Below are positions 13,133 through 25,202 of a stretch of DNA of 64,000 nucleotides, in pieces; the first letter of the stretch is position 1, and each line of letters begins with the position of its first letter. The stretch comes from Sphyrna mokarran (taxonomy: Eukaryota). Position numbers and translations under genes: made by a program. The notes below the pieces were generated by a model. It ran no database searches. It worked only from the letters and a program-made list of their open reading frames with translations, and had not been told where the DNA came from. The stretch lies in the NCBI GenBank assembly GCA_024679065.1, contig JAGIQG010000013.1, positions 19,282,001 through 19,346,000 on the forward strand. The letters run 5' to 3'.

Positions 13133-14289
13133 GTAAGTGCTTCATTTTGTTGTCTTTTCTGGAGGGTTTTTTGGGTCTTAAACAACGTGACAACAATAAG
13201 TCAGAAACTGACAGTTTAGTGTGTTTAGACAGCTTCAAAGAAATGGTCAAACCTCCAGATGAAAGTTCTGTCGGGCGTTTCAGAGATAGAAGGGGCAGTG
13301 GCTGAAGCTACACCATTGACGTTCTACTATTTAATGGAACGTTTTCACTCTCTGCATAATTCTGTAAAAACGCAATTACATTTTTCTGATTGCCATCAAT
13401 AAACTTTTGTCGACAATGTATTTTTCTTATGAACAAAGATTTATTGCAACAAATTAAACTAATCTGTAAATTTCTTTTAACTAATAAGTTGGATTTATTT
13501 TGAGGAAACAGTGTCTGCTAAATTTAGTTTAGGATCCTATTATCATTTAAAAGAAAGAAACTGCAAATGTTGAAAACCTGGAGGTCAAATGAATCATTAG
13601 AAATCTGTCATAGTCTGAAGAATCTTGATTTGTGCTTGGAAAATACTGTGTGATTTAGGAGATACAGGGTTTTATGGGTACATGTTGTAATACAGTTTAT
13701 GTCAAAATTTAGAATGGAACTTCCTATGTTTACATTTATAATAGGAAAGCCCATCTGCATTTTACAAAGGGAAAAGGCATGTAACCATTTACACCAGTAA
13801 ATAAGACGCAAGCGCTTATATGTTTCAATTTTATGATCTCAGATTTTGATAGATATTCAGGCCACCTAAAATAATATTCAAAAAACTTTTGATAAACTAT
13901 ATTTTTCCTCAACAACTGAAATTTCAAAGGCTAAAATGAATATTTAAAGAAACATTACGCATTTCACAATGGCATGCCTAATTATAATCCATTGAGAACT
14001 GTTTTGTCTTTTGATACCAGATTTTATTTGAAGGTCTCAGCCTTTCTGCAAAACCTGGCTGTATGTCCGATATTTTCGCCCAGCGTTGTGGCTCCATATT
14101 TATATTGTGCAAGTTGTCAGTTGCCACTCTGTATAACTTCCTAGGATGCATCAGCAGCATTTAGATGGACAGTGGCTGGAATCTTATCACTGTTCACACC
14201 AGTGGGATTTCCCATTCCGTTGCAGTGAATGGAGATTTAGCTGATCTTTCAGCTTCGCTGCAGTGGGATGGTAGTGTGAACAGCTGGTA

Positions 14290-14522
14290 GGTTTTACTAT
14301 GAAGATCCTCTAGCTGCCACACTCTGGTGCCTGTTTGGATACACTGAAGGAGAATTTAGCATAGCCAGTCCACCTAATCCACAAATCTGTAGACTGTGGG
14401 AGGAAACCAGAGCATCCAAAGGAAACCCATGCAGATACAGGGAGAATGTGCAAACTCCACACAGGCAGGAATTGAACTCAGGTCCCTGGCGTTGTGAGGC
14501 AGCGGTGCTAACCACTGTGCCA
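14290..14522 (-). mobile_element. V-SINE, tail type B (partial)
   Basis: Core and head ...GTGAGGCAGCGGTGCTAACCACTGTGCC. Confidence 0.8.
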
Positions 14523-14721
14523 AAGATTTTAAAAAGTAGATTGATTTTTTTTTTCAGTCTTTTAAACAAGATCTACTTTGTTGTTTATCTTTCAAAATTA
14601 TTTGAAGAAAAGCTAAAAGACACACTTCAAAAGCATTATCTGGCTAAAAACTGCATGAAGTTTTTGTAAAGATGTATAGTAGCTGTGTGTGTGAATGAGT
14701 GAGTGTATGAATGAATGAGTG

Positions 14722-14726
<5 letters not shown>

Positions 14727-14796
<70 letters not shown>
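14727..14796. repeat. (GT)35 microsatellite
   Basis: Perfect GT dinucleotide run preceded by TGAG/TGAA repeats. Confidence 0.98.
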
Positions 14797-14805
<9 letters not shown>

Positions 14806-14829
14806 TGTAAATTGGCCTTTAGAGACATA

Positions 14830-14968
14830 CATGGGAGGAATTTCCCCATTTCACCGTCACAGGAATCACTGCAGGAAGGACAAAAAATCTGCTGGACAAT
14901 GCAAAGGCCCATTGACCTCAGGCGGGAATTTCAAACCTTGGGGCAAGCATGGCTAGAAAATCCATCCA
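14830..14968. mobile_element. Short MITE-like element
   Basis: GGGAGGAATTT...AAAATCCATCC termini. Internal TTGACCTCAGGCGGGAATTT is the near reverse complement of AAAATCCTGCCCGAGGTCAA in the 57358-57485 copy. Confidence 0.45.
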
Positions 14969-15239
14969 TGGGCTTCAAGGGAAAAAAAAGTTCATTTGGT
15001 ATCATTTGGAATGATATCATTTGGAAAACTGGGTGTTTTTAGTGCAGGATATCATACAATCACCCAGTAATATTAGATCTCTCTCTCTCTCACTGATGAA
15101 CTAAACTTCTTGTCATATAGATTCTCCATTACCAAGATCTAATTCTACTTCCGTAACATCACCCATCTCCACTCCACGTTAGCTCATCCACTGCCAAAAC
15201 TCCAATGATGATTTTGCTACCTCCAAAGCTGCCTTAAAA

Positions 15240-15497
15240 AAAGTTAATTTATTAGTCACAAATAAGGTAATGAAGTTACTGTAAAATTCCCCTAGTCATC
15301 ACAATTCAGTGCCTGTTCCGGTTAATGCACCTAACCAGCACATCTTTCAGACTGTGGGAGGAAACTAGAGCACCTGAAGGAAACACATGCAGACATGGGG
15401 AGAACATGCAAACTCTACCTAGACCGTGACCCAAACCAGGAATCAAACCAGGATCCCTGGCATTGTGAGGCAGCAGTGCTAACTACTATGCCACTGT
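15240..15497 (-). mobile_element. V-SINE, tail type B
   Basis: Same head, core and tail as other type B copies. Confidence 0.8.
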
Positions 15498-15887
15498 GGT
15501 CAGCATCTCACTTCAAACTTTCCATAAACTTGTGGTGATCCAAAATCATTGCTGGCCATGTTTTAACACACCTAGGCCCCATGACCTATACTGAATTTGA
15601 AACCAGCAATATCTTCATTTTAAAATTCTCACTCTTGTTTTATTGTCTCCCCATGGCCTCATCCCCCTCTAAGTTGACAAACTTCTCCAGTCCCACTATC
15701 CTCCATGATCTCTACACTCCTCCAATTCTGGCCTTTTTGAATATCTCTGATTTCGAAACTGCTTTGGAGGCAGCACTTTCATCAATCTAAGCTTGAATTA
15801 CTTAACTAAGCATTTCTGTCTATCTATTCTCCTTTAAATTCCTTATAATCAACCTTTTTTTACCACAAGTTTTTGGTTACCTGTCCT

Positions 15888-16180
15888 GGTGGCACAGTGG
15901 CTTTGACACAGGACTAGTAATCCAAAGATCCAGAGTAATGTTCAAACCTCACCATGGCAGACAGTGAAATTTGAATTCAATAAAAGGCTCTTGAATTGAA
16001 AGTCTAATGATGGGCATGAAACCATTGTCAATTATTGTTAAAACCCATCTGGCTAATGCTCTTTACGGAAGGAAACCAGTCATTGAGTAAGGCACTTGCA
16101 AAATCAAGAGCAATCAGGGATGGGTAATTAGTGCTGGCCCAACCAGTGATGCCCACACGCTCTATACAAAATAAAAAGAA
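15888..16180 (+). mobile_element. Second tRNA-derived SINE family
   Basis: Homologous to 5640-6002. Confidence 0.7.
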
Positions 16181-17259
16181 AAAGAATATTTGCTTAAGTG
16201 TTCAGGACAAGATATTCAGCCCCCCAAAACTAGGGTCAATTTAGCATGGCCAATCAACCTGACCCACATATCTTGAGTGTGGGAGGAAACTGGATGTTCC
16301 GATGAAACATTTTAAGGCATTTTACTAAGTTAAGTGAGCTATATAAATGCAAGCTATTGTTGCCAATCAGCAGCAGAAATACAGCAATGAGACAACCCAC
16401 ACAATGTACAGCCCTCTGTTCTGCATAATGACAGGTTTCTACAACGATGCTGACCAAAAGTCGTATTCTTGCTGTGAAACCCCAGGAGCTTCATTGCAGT
16501 GCTACCCACGTCAGGACAAGCTTTTCGAGAAACTCTAGTTTGTTCCCAATGTTGTGAAGTCATATTCTGGCTTCTCAGCATTGATCTGGCAAACCCAAGC
16601 TGAGTTGGGCGGGGGTGGGGGACAGGGGCTAACTGGAATCAGGCCCACCACCCCTGGAAACAGTACAGAAGCAGTTTCAATAGATGTTTGTTGACATAAG
16701 CCTGAGTAATACCTTTATAGCATTATTTTTGATTGGCAGCTTCCACAACCCATCATCATAGTGTGGCTCACAGTTTCGTTGACAGCTTCAAGTGGTCACA
16801 AAAGATTAGCTGTCATTAATTGGAGCTATGATTACAAATGTTTGTTTTATAACAGAATTATGTACTTGAAAGTTAAATGTATTGAATGGACTTTTATCAT
16901 GGAAGTGTTATTTTATATATAGTGAAGATTGTAATAGACACTTCTTATCATCTTATGGCTCCTGAGATCTGCCCAAGGAAGGAACTGTGTGTGCTGACAT
17001 ACAGTGTTTAAGGGTGGGGTCTATTAAGTTGACACTGGGGCTTATAAAGACCAAAGGATGAGTGGGGATAGTGGATTGGAATGAGTTGACAAACCTTGGC
17101 ATAAAGGGTGGAGAATATAGGTTTTCATAGAGGGTATGAGGGCCATGGGGGAACAAGGTGGCATGGATGGGTGAAAGCTGGAGACCTTTTTTTAAAATCG
17201 TCTTTACTAAAACAGGGATAAAGTTTTTAAACAGCTTCCTGGATCTCTGTCTATGAAGA

Positions 17260-17570
17260 GCCTGTATGTTCTCCCCGTGTCTGCATGGGTTTGCTCTGGA
17301 TGCTCTGGTTTCCTCCCACAGTCTAAAAGACTGAATAGGTGCCGGAATGTAGCGACTAGAGGAATTTCACAGTAACAACATTGCAGTGTTCATGTAAGGC
17401 TACTTGTAACACCAATAAATAAATTTTGAACTCATTTAGAAACATAGAATCCTACAGTGCAGAAGGAGGCGATTGAGACTGCACCAACTCTCTTCAGGCC
17501 CACTTCCCTGCCCAATCCTCATAACCCTGCACATTTACCATGGCCAATCCACCTAATGTATACATCTTTG
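17260..17570. mobile_element. Two SINE fragments tail-to-tail (type B on +, type A on -)
   Basis: Type B core and tail at 17260-17430, then a reversed type A tail CATAGAATCCTACAGTGCAGAAGGAGG. Confidence 0.7.
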
Positions 17571-17994
17571 AATTTTATTGATATTTACAGACTAACAATG
17601 AGATTGAGTGTTTGTTATGGTCTGTAAAAGCTGCTAAAGCCAAACCTTCTCGCTTTTTGGTTAAAACGAGCTTGATAATGCAAATAAATAAATGAACAAA
17701 GCTAATAAACTAAACCAAGATTTAAACTTTGAGTCAGGGAATGGCAGCATAATTGAGATTTGTGATATTCTACTCTCTACGGAAGTGAACTAGTCTGTTC
17801 AACTCAGGTGTTTGAATTCTGTGATCCTGGAAGTTTCGAAATTGCTCTTCTAAATGCTATGCTTCCTTATTAAATCAGAGCAACGAGATCCTTTACATGA
17901 ATTGAGAAACACATAAATGAATGGGAATTCTGATCAAAATTTAATAGATAATTGATTCCCAGAGGAGCTTAACATGCCCTAATGTCTTTGTTAA

Positions 17995-18190
17995 TGCCCG
18001 GTTTCCTCCCACATCCCAAAAATGTGCTCTTAGGCTGATTGGGTAACAAATTGTCCCTATATGGGAATCTTCAACAATAGGCATAGCCTAAAGACAAGGA
18101 TATGTCATTAGGACGTTAGGACGGCTGCGTGGGCTCGTTGGGCCAAAGGGCCTGTTTCCTGTGCTGTGTTGCTCTTTGTTGTTCTTTGTA
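17995..18190 (+). mobile_element. 5'-truncated element with V-SINE core and type C (TTCTTTG)n tail
   Basis: Similar to 26325-26540, ending GGGCTCGTTGGGCCAAAGGGCCTGTTTCCTGTGCTGT. Confidence 0.7.
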
Positions 18191-19172
18191 ATTGACCCAA
18201 TATTCACAGCCTTTTGATCAGCGAGCTCTATGTTTCTAACAGAAAAATTAAAACTGACTGCTGGTTGACAAACTTTCAGATTAACATTAGAAGCATCTTC
18301 TCCACAAATCAACACCTAATTGCACAATGCAAAGTGATTGTTCAATGAATATATGTATAGCCTTCGTTCCTGCCTTTGTCCCTGACAATTAGAACAATGA
18401 CACTCAGACAGGCTGTGTATCTTTTTCACTTCACTTGCCTAACATGCACAGAGAATATTAAGAATAAGAAGTAAACATATAGTCTGGGTGTGATAAATAA
18501 CAAGAGATAATAAATGCTCTGTCACAAGCAATATTTCAACACTGTAATTTTAATATGATGGTACATCATAGTATCTGCAAAATACTCCTGTTTTGATTCT
18601 AGCATGAATATCATAGTGTCACCTCCAAATAATATCTACCTGCATTATATTACAAAATAATTTCCGTTCTATTGATGAATTAGTCTATTTTGTTGTAATC
18701 CCTTTGACCTGTCATAATTCACTGAAAAATTACTCATTTTTTTAAATGCCGAGTTTTTTAGTACATCTCCTTCTGAGACATAAATCAGTTTACATGGCCT
18801 GGCAATCTGTTTAACCTTTAAATCTCACTCCATTATTTCTTCAATTTTGATGGTCTAATGTTGTTTAGGTACTCGTTTCTAAAGATTAAAACAAAGTGTT
18901 AGAGATAAGTAGTCAAAGTACACTAAATCAGCCAATCTTCACTACAAAATGGTAAGCACTGTAGTACCAGAGACCCAGGTTCAACTCCAGTCTTGAGTTA
19001 TGGTCCGTGTGGAGTTTGAAGGTTTTTCCTTGTGTCTGCGTGGGTCTCCTCCAGGTGCCCCGATTTCCTCCTATAGTCCAAAGATGTGCAGGTTAGGTGG
19101 ATTGGCCATGCTCAGTCCTATGTGTGGGTTAGATAGGGTATCTATAATGGATGAGCTGGGTTGTGGGGATAG

Positions 19173-19644
19173 CTCAGTAAGAGGTCTGACAACACCAATT
19201 TTAAATCCAACCGATTTATGTGATAGTAAACTTGCAAGCTTTCGGCCTTTGTAGCCTTCGTCAGGCGGATGAGGTGTTCTGGTCTGCAATAGCAGACATA
19301 TCAGCAGAGACAGTTTACAGATTGCTGATTAGAACGCGAATCCTTACACCTAACCTGCTATTCAATTCTTAAAGTGGCTAACAATGTGAGTGAAGGAGCA
19401 CTGAGCACAGGTTAAAGAGATGTGTATTGTCTCCAGACAGCACAGTAAGTGAGGTTTTTTGCTAACCCAGGCAAGTCATGGAGGTTACAGATGGTGTGAC
19501 ATGAAGCCAAGATCCCTGTTAAGACCGTCCTCGTGTGCGGAAATTGGTTATCAGTCTCTGCTCAGCAGCTCTGCGCTGTCGTGTGTCGTGAAGGCCCCCT
19601 TGAAGAATGTTTATCTGAAGGTCAGAGGCCGAATGCCCGATACC
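19173..19644 (-). mobile_element. Penelope-like element fragment (GIY-YIG C-terminus plus pLTR with hammerhead motif)
   Basis: Homologous to 27770-28130. Flanked by a 12-bp target-site duplication TTGTGGGGATAG (19161-19172 and 19645-19656). Confidence 0.8.
19234..19267 (-). ncRNA. Minimal hammerhead ribozyme motif (Penelope pLTR type)
   Basis: Minus strand reads GC-CUGACGA-A-GGCU-acaaa-GGCC-GAAA-GC-UU-GC: an intact CUGANGA/GAAA core, a helix II and a palindromic AAGCUU mini helix III. Confidence 0.65.
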
Positions 19645-19759
19645 TTGTGGGGATAGGGTAGGGGTATGGGTCTGGGTGAGATGGTCTCTTGAGAGTCAGC
19701 GCAGACTCAACTGATCGAATTACCTCCTTCTGTAATTGTAGGGATTCTACAAGAAGGGG

Positions 19760-20045
19760 AGCTGGTGGTGCAGTGAAACTGGATTAACGATCCAGGAAAA
19801 CAGGATAATGCTCTGGGCACCTGGTCTGAATCCCACCATGGCAGATGGTGGATAGTCAATAAAAATCTGGAATTAAATGTCTAATGATTTCCATTATTGG
19901 AAAAAATCAATTTTTCCATTAATGCCCTTTAGGGCTTTAGACTTTACCTGGTCTGGCCTACATCTAACTCCAGATCCATGATGATGTAGCTGACTCTGAA
20001 ATCACCCAGCAAGCCATTCAAATTGTCAAGGCTTATTTGGGATAA
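19760..20045 (+). mobile_element. Second tRNA-derived SINE family
   Basis: Homologous to 5640-6002. Confidence 0.65.
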
Positions 20046-20142
20046 ATATATGTAAATAAATAATAACATGAAGGAAAAGCAACAACAGTTATCTTTCAAA
20101 ACTCATTGCTTCCTTTTCTATATTTTCAGAACTTGCCATATC

Positions 20143-20206
20143 ATGTCATTGCTGGAAAATCAAGGCATCAGGCTCTTTATTTTACTGCGCATCCTTCTCA
20201 GCGCAG
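20143..20206 (+). CDS. IgSF V(J)-C1-TM receptor, leader exon (MSLLENQGIRLFILLRILLSA-G)
   Basis: Acceptor TCCTTTTCTATATTTTCAG at 20129/20130, ATG at 20143 and a hydrophobic signal-like core. The phase-1 donor CAG|GTGAGT matches the V exon. Confidence 0.85.
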
Positions 20207-20679
20207 GTGAGTTGGCTTACAATGTTTTCTTCCAACCCACGTGACAAAGTTACAAACATATTTTGACTTTTTTAATCCCGTTAAATAAGGTTTTATAACT
20301 GACTGCTTGAACCTGTTCAATTGTAATGGACACATTGGTCAAACTTCCTCCTACAAATGTCAATTAGCCCAATGCTCACGTCTAGCGTTTTCTGCTTTCA
20401 TTTCCAGGATGGTTTTCTTTTTATTTTGTAAATGCAGCATTACTTTATAGTACTAATTTCTTCAAAGGCAGGCTTGAGTGATACTCTTTAAATGTGAAAT
20501 TAACCCATGAACCCATTTCAGAAGTATAGATATTGTACAGTGCTTGAGAAGTTGGTATTTGTGTGCCAGAATGCCAAGTTATACACATTCCATAGATTAT
20601 TTAGTACAACTGATTTTTTTCATGTAGATAAAGTCCTGCTGTGGGGACTGGAAGCAGGGAGGCCACCCTGGCTTCATAG

Positions 20680-21010
20680 AATCATAGAATTGCTACAGTG
20701 TAGAAAAAGCCATTCAGCCCATCGAGTCTGCAATGATTTATTGACAGAGCATCTTACCTAAGCTTTCTCCCCATCTGTGTAACCCCACATTTCCCATCAT
20801 GTCCGCGTGGGTTTTCTCTCGGTGCTCTGGTTTCCTCCCACACTCCAAAGATGAGTGGATTAGGTTGATTGGCCGTACTAAATTACCCCTTACTGTCAAG
20901 GGGATTAGCAGGGTAAATACATGGAGTTACGGGGTGGGGCCTGAGTGGGGCCGTTGTCAGTACAGGCTTGATGGGCCAAATGGTGCCTTTCTGCACTGTA
21001 AAAATTCCAT
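20680..21010. mobile_element. Rearranged V-SINE type A pieces (- then +)
   Basis: Reversed tail at 20680-20790, then forward core and tail at 20795-21010. Confidence 0.65.
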
Positions 21011-22548
21011 GAACAAGAGGCCCCTGAGAAGATGCTGATGTGGTTTTCTTTCCAGCCAACCTTTTACACTACGTAGGGATCAAAATAACCACCAAAGTGA
21101 TGTTTTTTCATTTTTTGGACTTTCGCTGAGAGACCTCTGGGCCATAACAGGAGCTAGCAGGGACAGAACTGGGCTGGACAAAAAGCCTATCTCAGTGATC
21201 CAACACTATTCTCCAGCTGGAACAAAAAGAATGATGTGAAAAAACGGTCCTCCAGCACTCACTTCTTACTCTCCCTCATCCCCCCCCCACATTCATTTCC
21301 CGTACTAACTCATTGCATGACACTGCCATCTGCTTCCCATCGTCCCCCATATTCTCCACACCAACCTATGCCCCTCCATCCACTTCAAGCCATGACTGCT
21401 CATATTCCCCATGGCCCTATATATTCCTTATGAGAACTTAATACCAATTAATGCCAATCCATACACTCCACCATCTATTGATGAATCATTATTTTTTAAA
21501 GAACGCTCATTGATAAAAACCCATTCACTTAATTTAATGTTCTTTAATTCCTTATAAGAATAAGCATTTGTATTCACAATCACACTTCAAATACTTTATT
21601 AGCATTTGGGGCAGTCAATCAAACTATGAAATGGCAGGTACCCCACTGTGATAACAATAGGTTGTGAAATCCATCATGCAATACTCCACTCCAGCATTCA
21701 CACACTGTGATCTTGTGTTTATTTGTTAAGAGAGAGTTACAACTGTTAGGACTGAATTTTTACGCAGATGAAGAGGCTCTCCTTTCATGAAAACAGTGCG
21801 GAGGTCCACATCTTGTCTCTGAATCCCTATAATAGTAACCCTCAGGGTTATTTCAACAACTGGAAAAGACTGATTTTTTTCTCAAAACTGCAGGTAGTTT
21901 TTTTTCAAATGTTTAAAGGGCAGGAGATGTAAATACCTTGACAGCCCCGCCTTGATATTTCCCTTGCCAGTTCCAATGGGTTCATTCACTTTTTATGCAC
22001 GCTCGTATCTATCTTTCACAATCTCAAAGGGCATTTTGTTTCTCCCAAACGGGAATTGACCACTCCCAAAGGTGCCATGGAACCAAACTCAAAAATATAC
22101 CTTACCTCCACAAACTGGTATTTTCTCTTTCCTGAGAATTTTGATAAGTTTAGATCATCTCCTACATGGTTATTATGCAAAAGCCACATTTCTCACTCCT
22201 GCTAAACTAAAACAGTATCATGGATGTCCAAACTTTGACCCCATTGCAAAAATGCGTTCAGAGGCAAAGCTTGCAGATGGCACTATTTTCGAAAGGAGGG
22301 GGGTTGGGGAGTTGGGGGAGGAGGAGGTGGCCTCTCCAATGGGTGAAAATTCAGGCTTAACACGATGTGAGTCTCTGTCAGCAAACAAACGGGAAGTGTG
22401 TGAATACTGGAGTCAAGGGCTTATCATCGAAATGGGCTGACCCCAGATTTTAAACGGGTTCATTAGTGACATGTGAGCAGGATGACGGTTTGTCAATGTT
22501 GGATGTTCCAGATAAATTAATGACCTTGTGTTTTTTTCTCGCTCCAAG

Positions 22549-22914
22549 GCAAAAGCCAAAACTTGACAGTTTCCCAAATGCCGTCAGCGGTCAAGGCATT
22601 AAAAGGACAGACGGTGATAATAAACTGTCTCTACAGCAATGAAAACGGAGAACAGTTGAGGATAAAATGGGGGAAAAAGAACAGTACGCAAGCACTTTGT
22701 GATTATACCTACAATAAAAATGATGCAAAGTATACAATATGGCATTGTAAAGAACATACTAACATGACAGTGGATCTCTCAACAAACTCATCGTCTTTAA
22801 TAATCCACGACCTTCACTTAGAAGACTCCAGTATTTATTTCTGTCAGCTTTTTATTGAAATACCTCCACCTGCATTAATAGCAATTGGTAATGGCACACG
22901 CCTCACAGTGGAAG
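22549..22914 (+). CDS. IgSF receptor V-set exon with germline-joined J-like G strand (CD28/CD28H/NKp30-like V)
   Basis: Acceptor TTTTTTCTCGCTCCAAG|. Translates GKSQNLTVSQMP...VIINCLY...LRIKWG...ALCDY...WHCKE...SLIIHDLHLEDSSIYFCQLFIEIPPPALIAIGNGTRLTVE, with canonical Cys/Trp/DxxxYxC and GxGTxLTV. Donor G|GTGAGT, phase 1. Confidence 0.93.
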
Positions 22915-24209
22915 GTGAGTTTGTTGTAGTATCGCCCTGCAATGTAAACTACCAGTAAAATTGAACAGTAATAACTGTTCCTAAGACGGTGACACTTAAA
23001 CAAGTATTTCAGTGGCTACATATGCTTTAATGTTCTGAGGTCTTGAAAGAAGCTATGGAAAAGCAAATTCTTCCTTGTGTTTTTTTTCATTTGTTCAATG
23101 GCACCATTTTTAAACGTGTGGAAGAGAAGGCTGCTGGGAGTGAGAGATATCAATAGGAATGGGGAAAACAAATACAAGTCAACACGGTGACACGGTGGTT
23201 AGCATCAGGAAAAATGTTTTTCTCTGGGCTCCACAGGACCAACTTGGGCTGTAATTCGCCCTCCTTTCTTTGTTCTTTGTTCTCCAGAGGAGATTTTAGT
23301 GAATGTTAATAGAGGGAGGAAGGAAATATTTACAGTGTCTCCTTATCTCGTAAAGTGCCTCACATCCAATGGACACAGCAAGATCCCATAAAAAAAAAAT
23401 CAATAAGTTAATTAGTTTATGACGCTATTAGTTGAGGGAAAGATATTGGCTTTGGTATCAGAAGATTTATTACTCTTTTTCGCAAAGTACAATGAGATTT
23501 TCACATCCATCAAAGACAGATAGACAAGACCTTAGCTATACCTCTGACAGTACAATCTGCCCTCAGTACTGCATTGACATGTCAGACTAAAATCCAAATG
23601 ACCAACTCCTGGAGTGTGATTGGAATGTGTTTGGAATTCTGTCCCAAAGTTAATAATAGGAGTTAAGGATGGGGCTCTCAAAAATAGGAACTAATCATTT
23701 GTTGGATTTTCAAAATTCAAAAGCTCTATACTCAGGCAATATTTTTAATTCTATTTAAATGTATGTAATTTTATCACCTCAACAATATTTCAGTAATTTT
23801 CAATAATAAATTCCACAAGGGCAGAAAGCACACAGTCAAAAATCGACTCCAGAATCTTCAATAGATGGCAAAATGTTTCAAAAACAATTCTTTTCTAAAG
23901 CTTAGCAGATTTCTGATATCTGAAACATGAGATTCCGTTATCGACGTAAGGATCTAGGACCGTACTTACACACCGGGCTGGAAGAGGAAACTGGGCCATA
24001 TCTATCTCTGTTGTGGTTGCATAGTTTGCTGCTTCTTTGGTCATCAGTATTATCATGATTAGCAAATTTTTGACAGACATCCTTTCAATCAGACTCAAAC
24101 CAACTGTAGTTTCAATAAACCTACCACATAAGCTGTCCACATTAACTGCATCCTCCGTTGAAAGAAATAACAAAGGTGAATTCAAACTTTGACCAGGATT
24201 CAAAGTTAA

Positions 24210-24527
24210 AATCATAGAAACCATACTGTGCAGAAGGAGACCATTTGGCCCATCAAGCCTGCACCAAACAACAATCCCACCCAGGCCCTATCCCCATAAT
24301 CTCATGTGTTTACTTCATTAGTTACCCCTGACACTAAGGGGCAATTTAGGATGGTCAATCAACCTAACCTGCACATCTTTGAACTGTGGAATGGAACTGG
24401 AGCATCCAGAAGAAACCCATTCAGGTATGGGGAGAACATGCAAACTCCAGGAAGCAGTTACCCAAGCTGGAATTGAACCCACGTCCCTGGCATTGTGAAG
24501 CAGCAGTACTAACCACTGTGCCACTGT
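24210..24527 (-). mobile_element. V-SINE, tail type A
   Basis: Full head, core and tail. Confidence 0.85.
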
Positions 24528-25202
24528 GCTATCCTATTAACAACAATGGTGATGGTGATTTTGACAGAATTGATCATCCCTCTCTCTGAATGTGGCACAG
24601 TCCATATAGGATGTTCAAAGCTATTTTAGTAATCTGCTTGGGTTAGTTATTAAGTGGAGAGTTTCTCGGTGAATCCAATTCAATCCAAAGATTTTGCTCA
24701 GAGATAAATTATTTTCCATTCCCCACCCTCCACCATTCACTTTGTAACTTGTGTTTTAATTCCAACAAGTTAGGGATAATTTATCCAATTTTATCTATAA
24801 TTAAATCAAATATATTAAATCTCTTAAGCCTAAGATGTCTTTCAGAAGAGCTCGTGTAGAAACTTTGCAATCAATTTGCAGAGTTGGAATGCTTACCAAC
24901 ATTTTTCCTGAGTAACAACATTCAAACCAACTTCACGCACAACCTGGCTGGTCTGTTATTTTTTCTTATGAAGTAAGGAGACAGATTTGGAGACACTGAG
25001 ATGGTGGAGCAAGTGCCAATTTTAGCCCTTGATTTTGTGTTTCTTGCATTGGTTTCCACCTCAGTGCCTTCCTCCTAAATTGCTTCAAAGAAATTAGCAA
25101 ACTCAGTCACCCACCCTCAACAGCAACGTAGGAAATGGAACAGAGGCCTGGGAGGGAAGAGGAATCAGGAGTATTCAGACTAGGAGCAAACAGTAATCTT
25201 GA

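Larger units (their letters stand above)
18950..19750 (+). mobile_element. V-SINE type A interrupted by a Penelope-like insertion
   Basis: Head and core at 18950-19172, tail resumes at 19645-19750. Confidence 0.75.

Noticed and set aside
14613-15042. HTHT/CVCV ORFs
   Set aside because: Translations of the (GT)35 microsatellite.
22904-22942. Perfect RSS heptamer CACAGTG at the end of the V exon
   Set aside because: It lies within the codons for L-T-V of the J-like strand, and no ACAAAAACC-like nonamer follows at 12 or 23 nt. Many other CACAGTG copies in the window fall in SINE heads. There is no evidence of V(D)J rearrangement.
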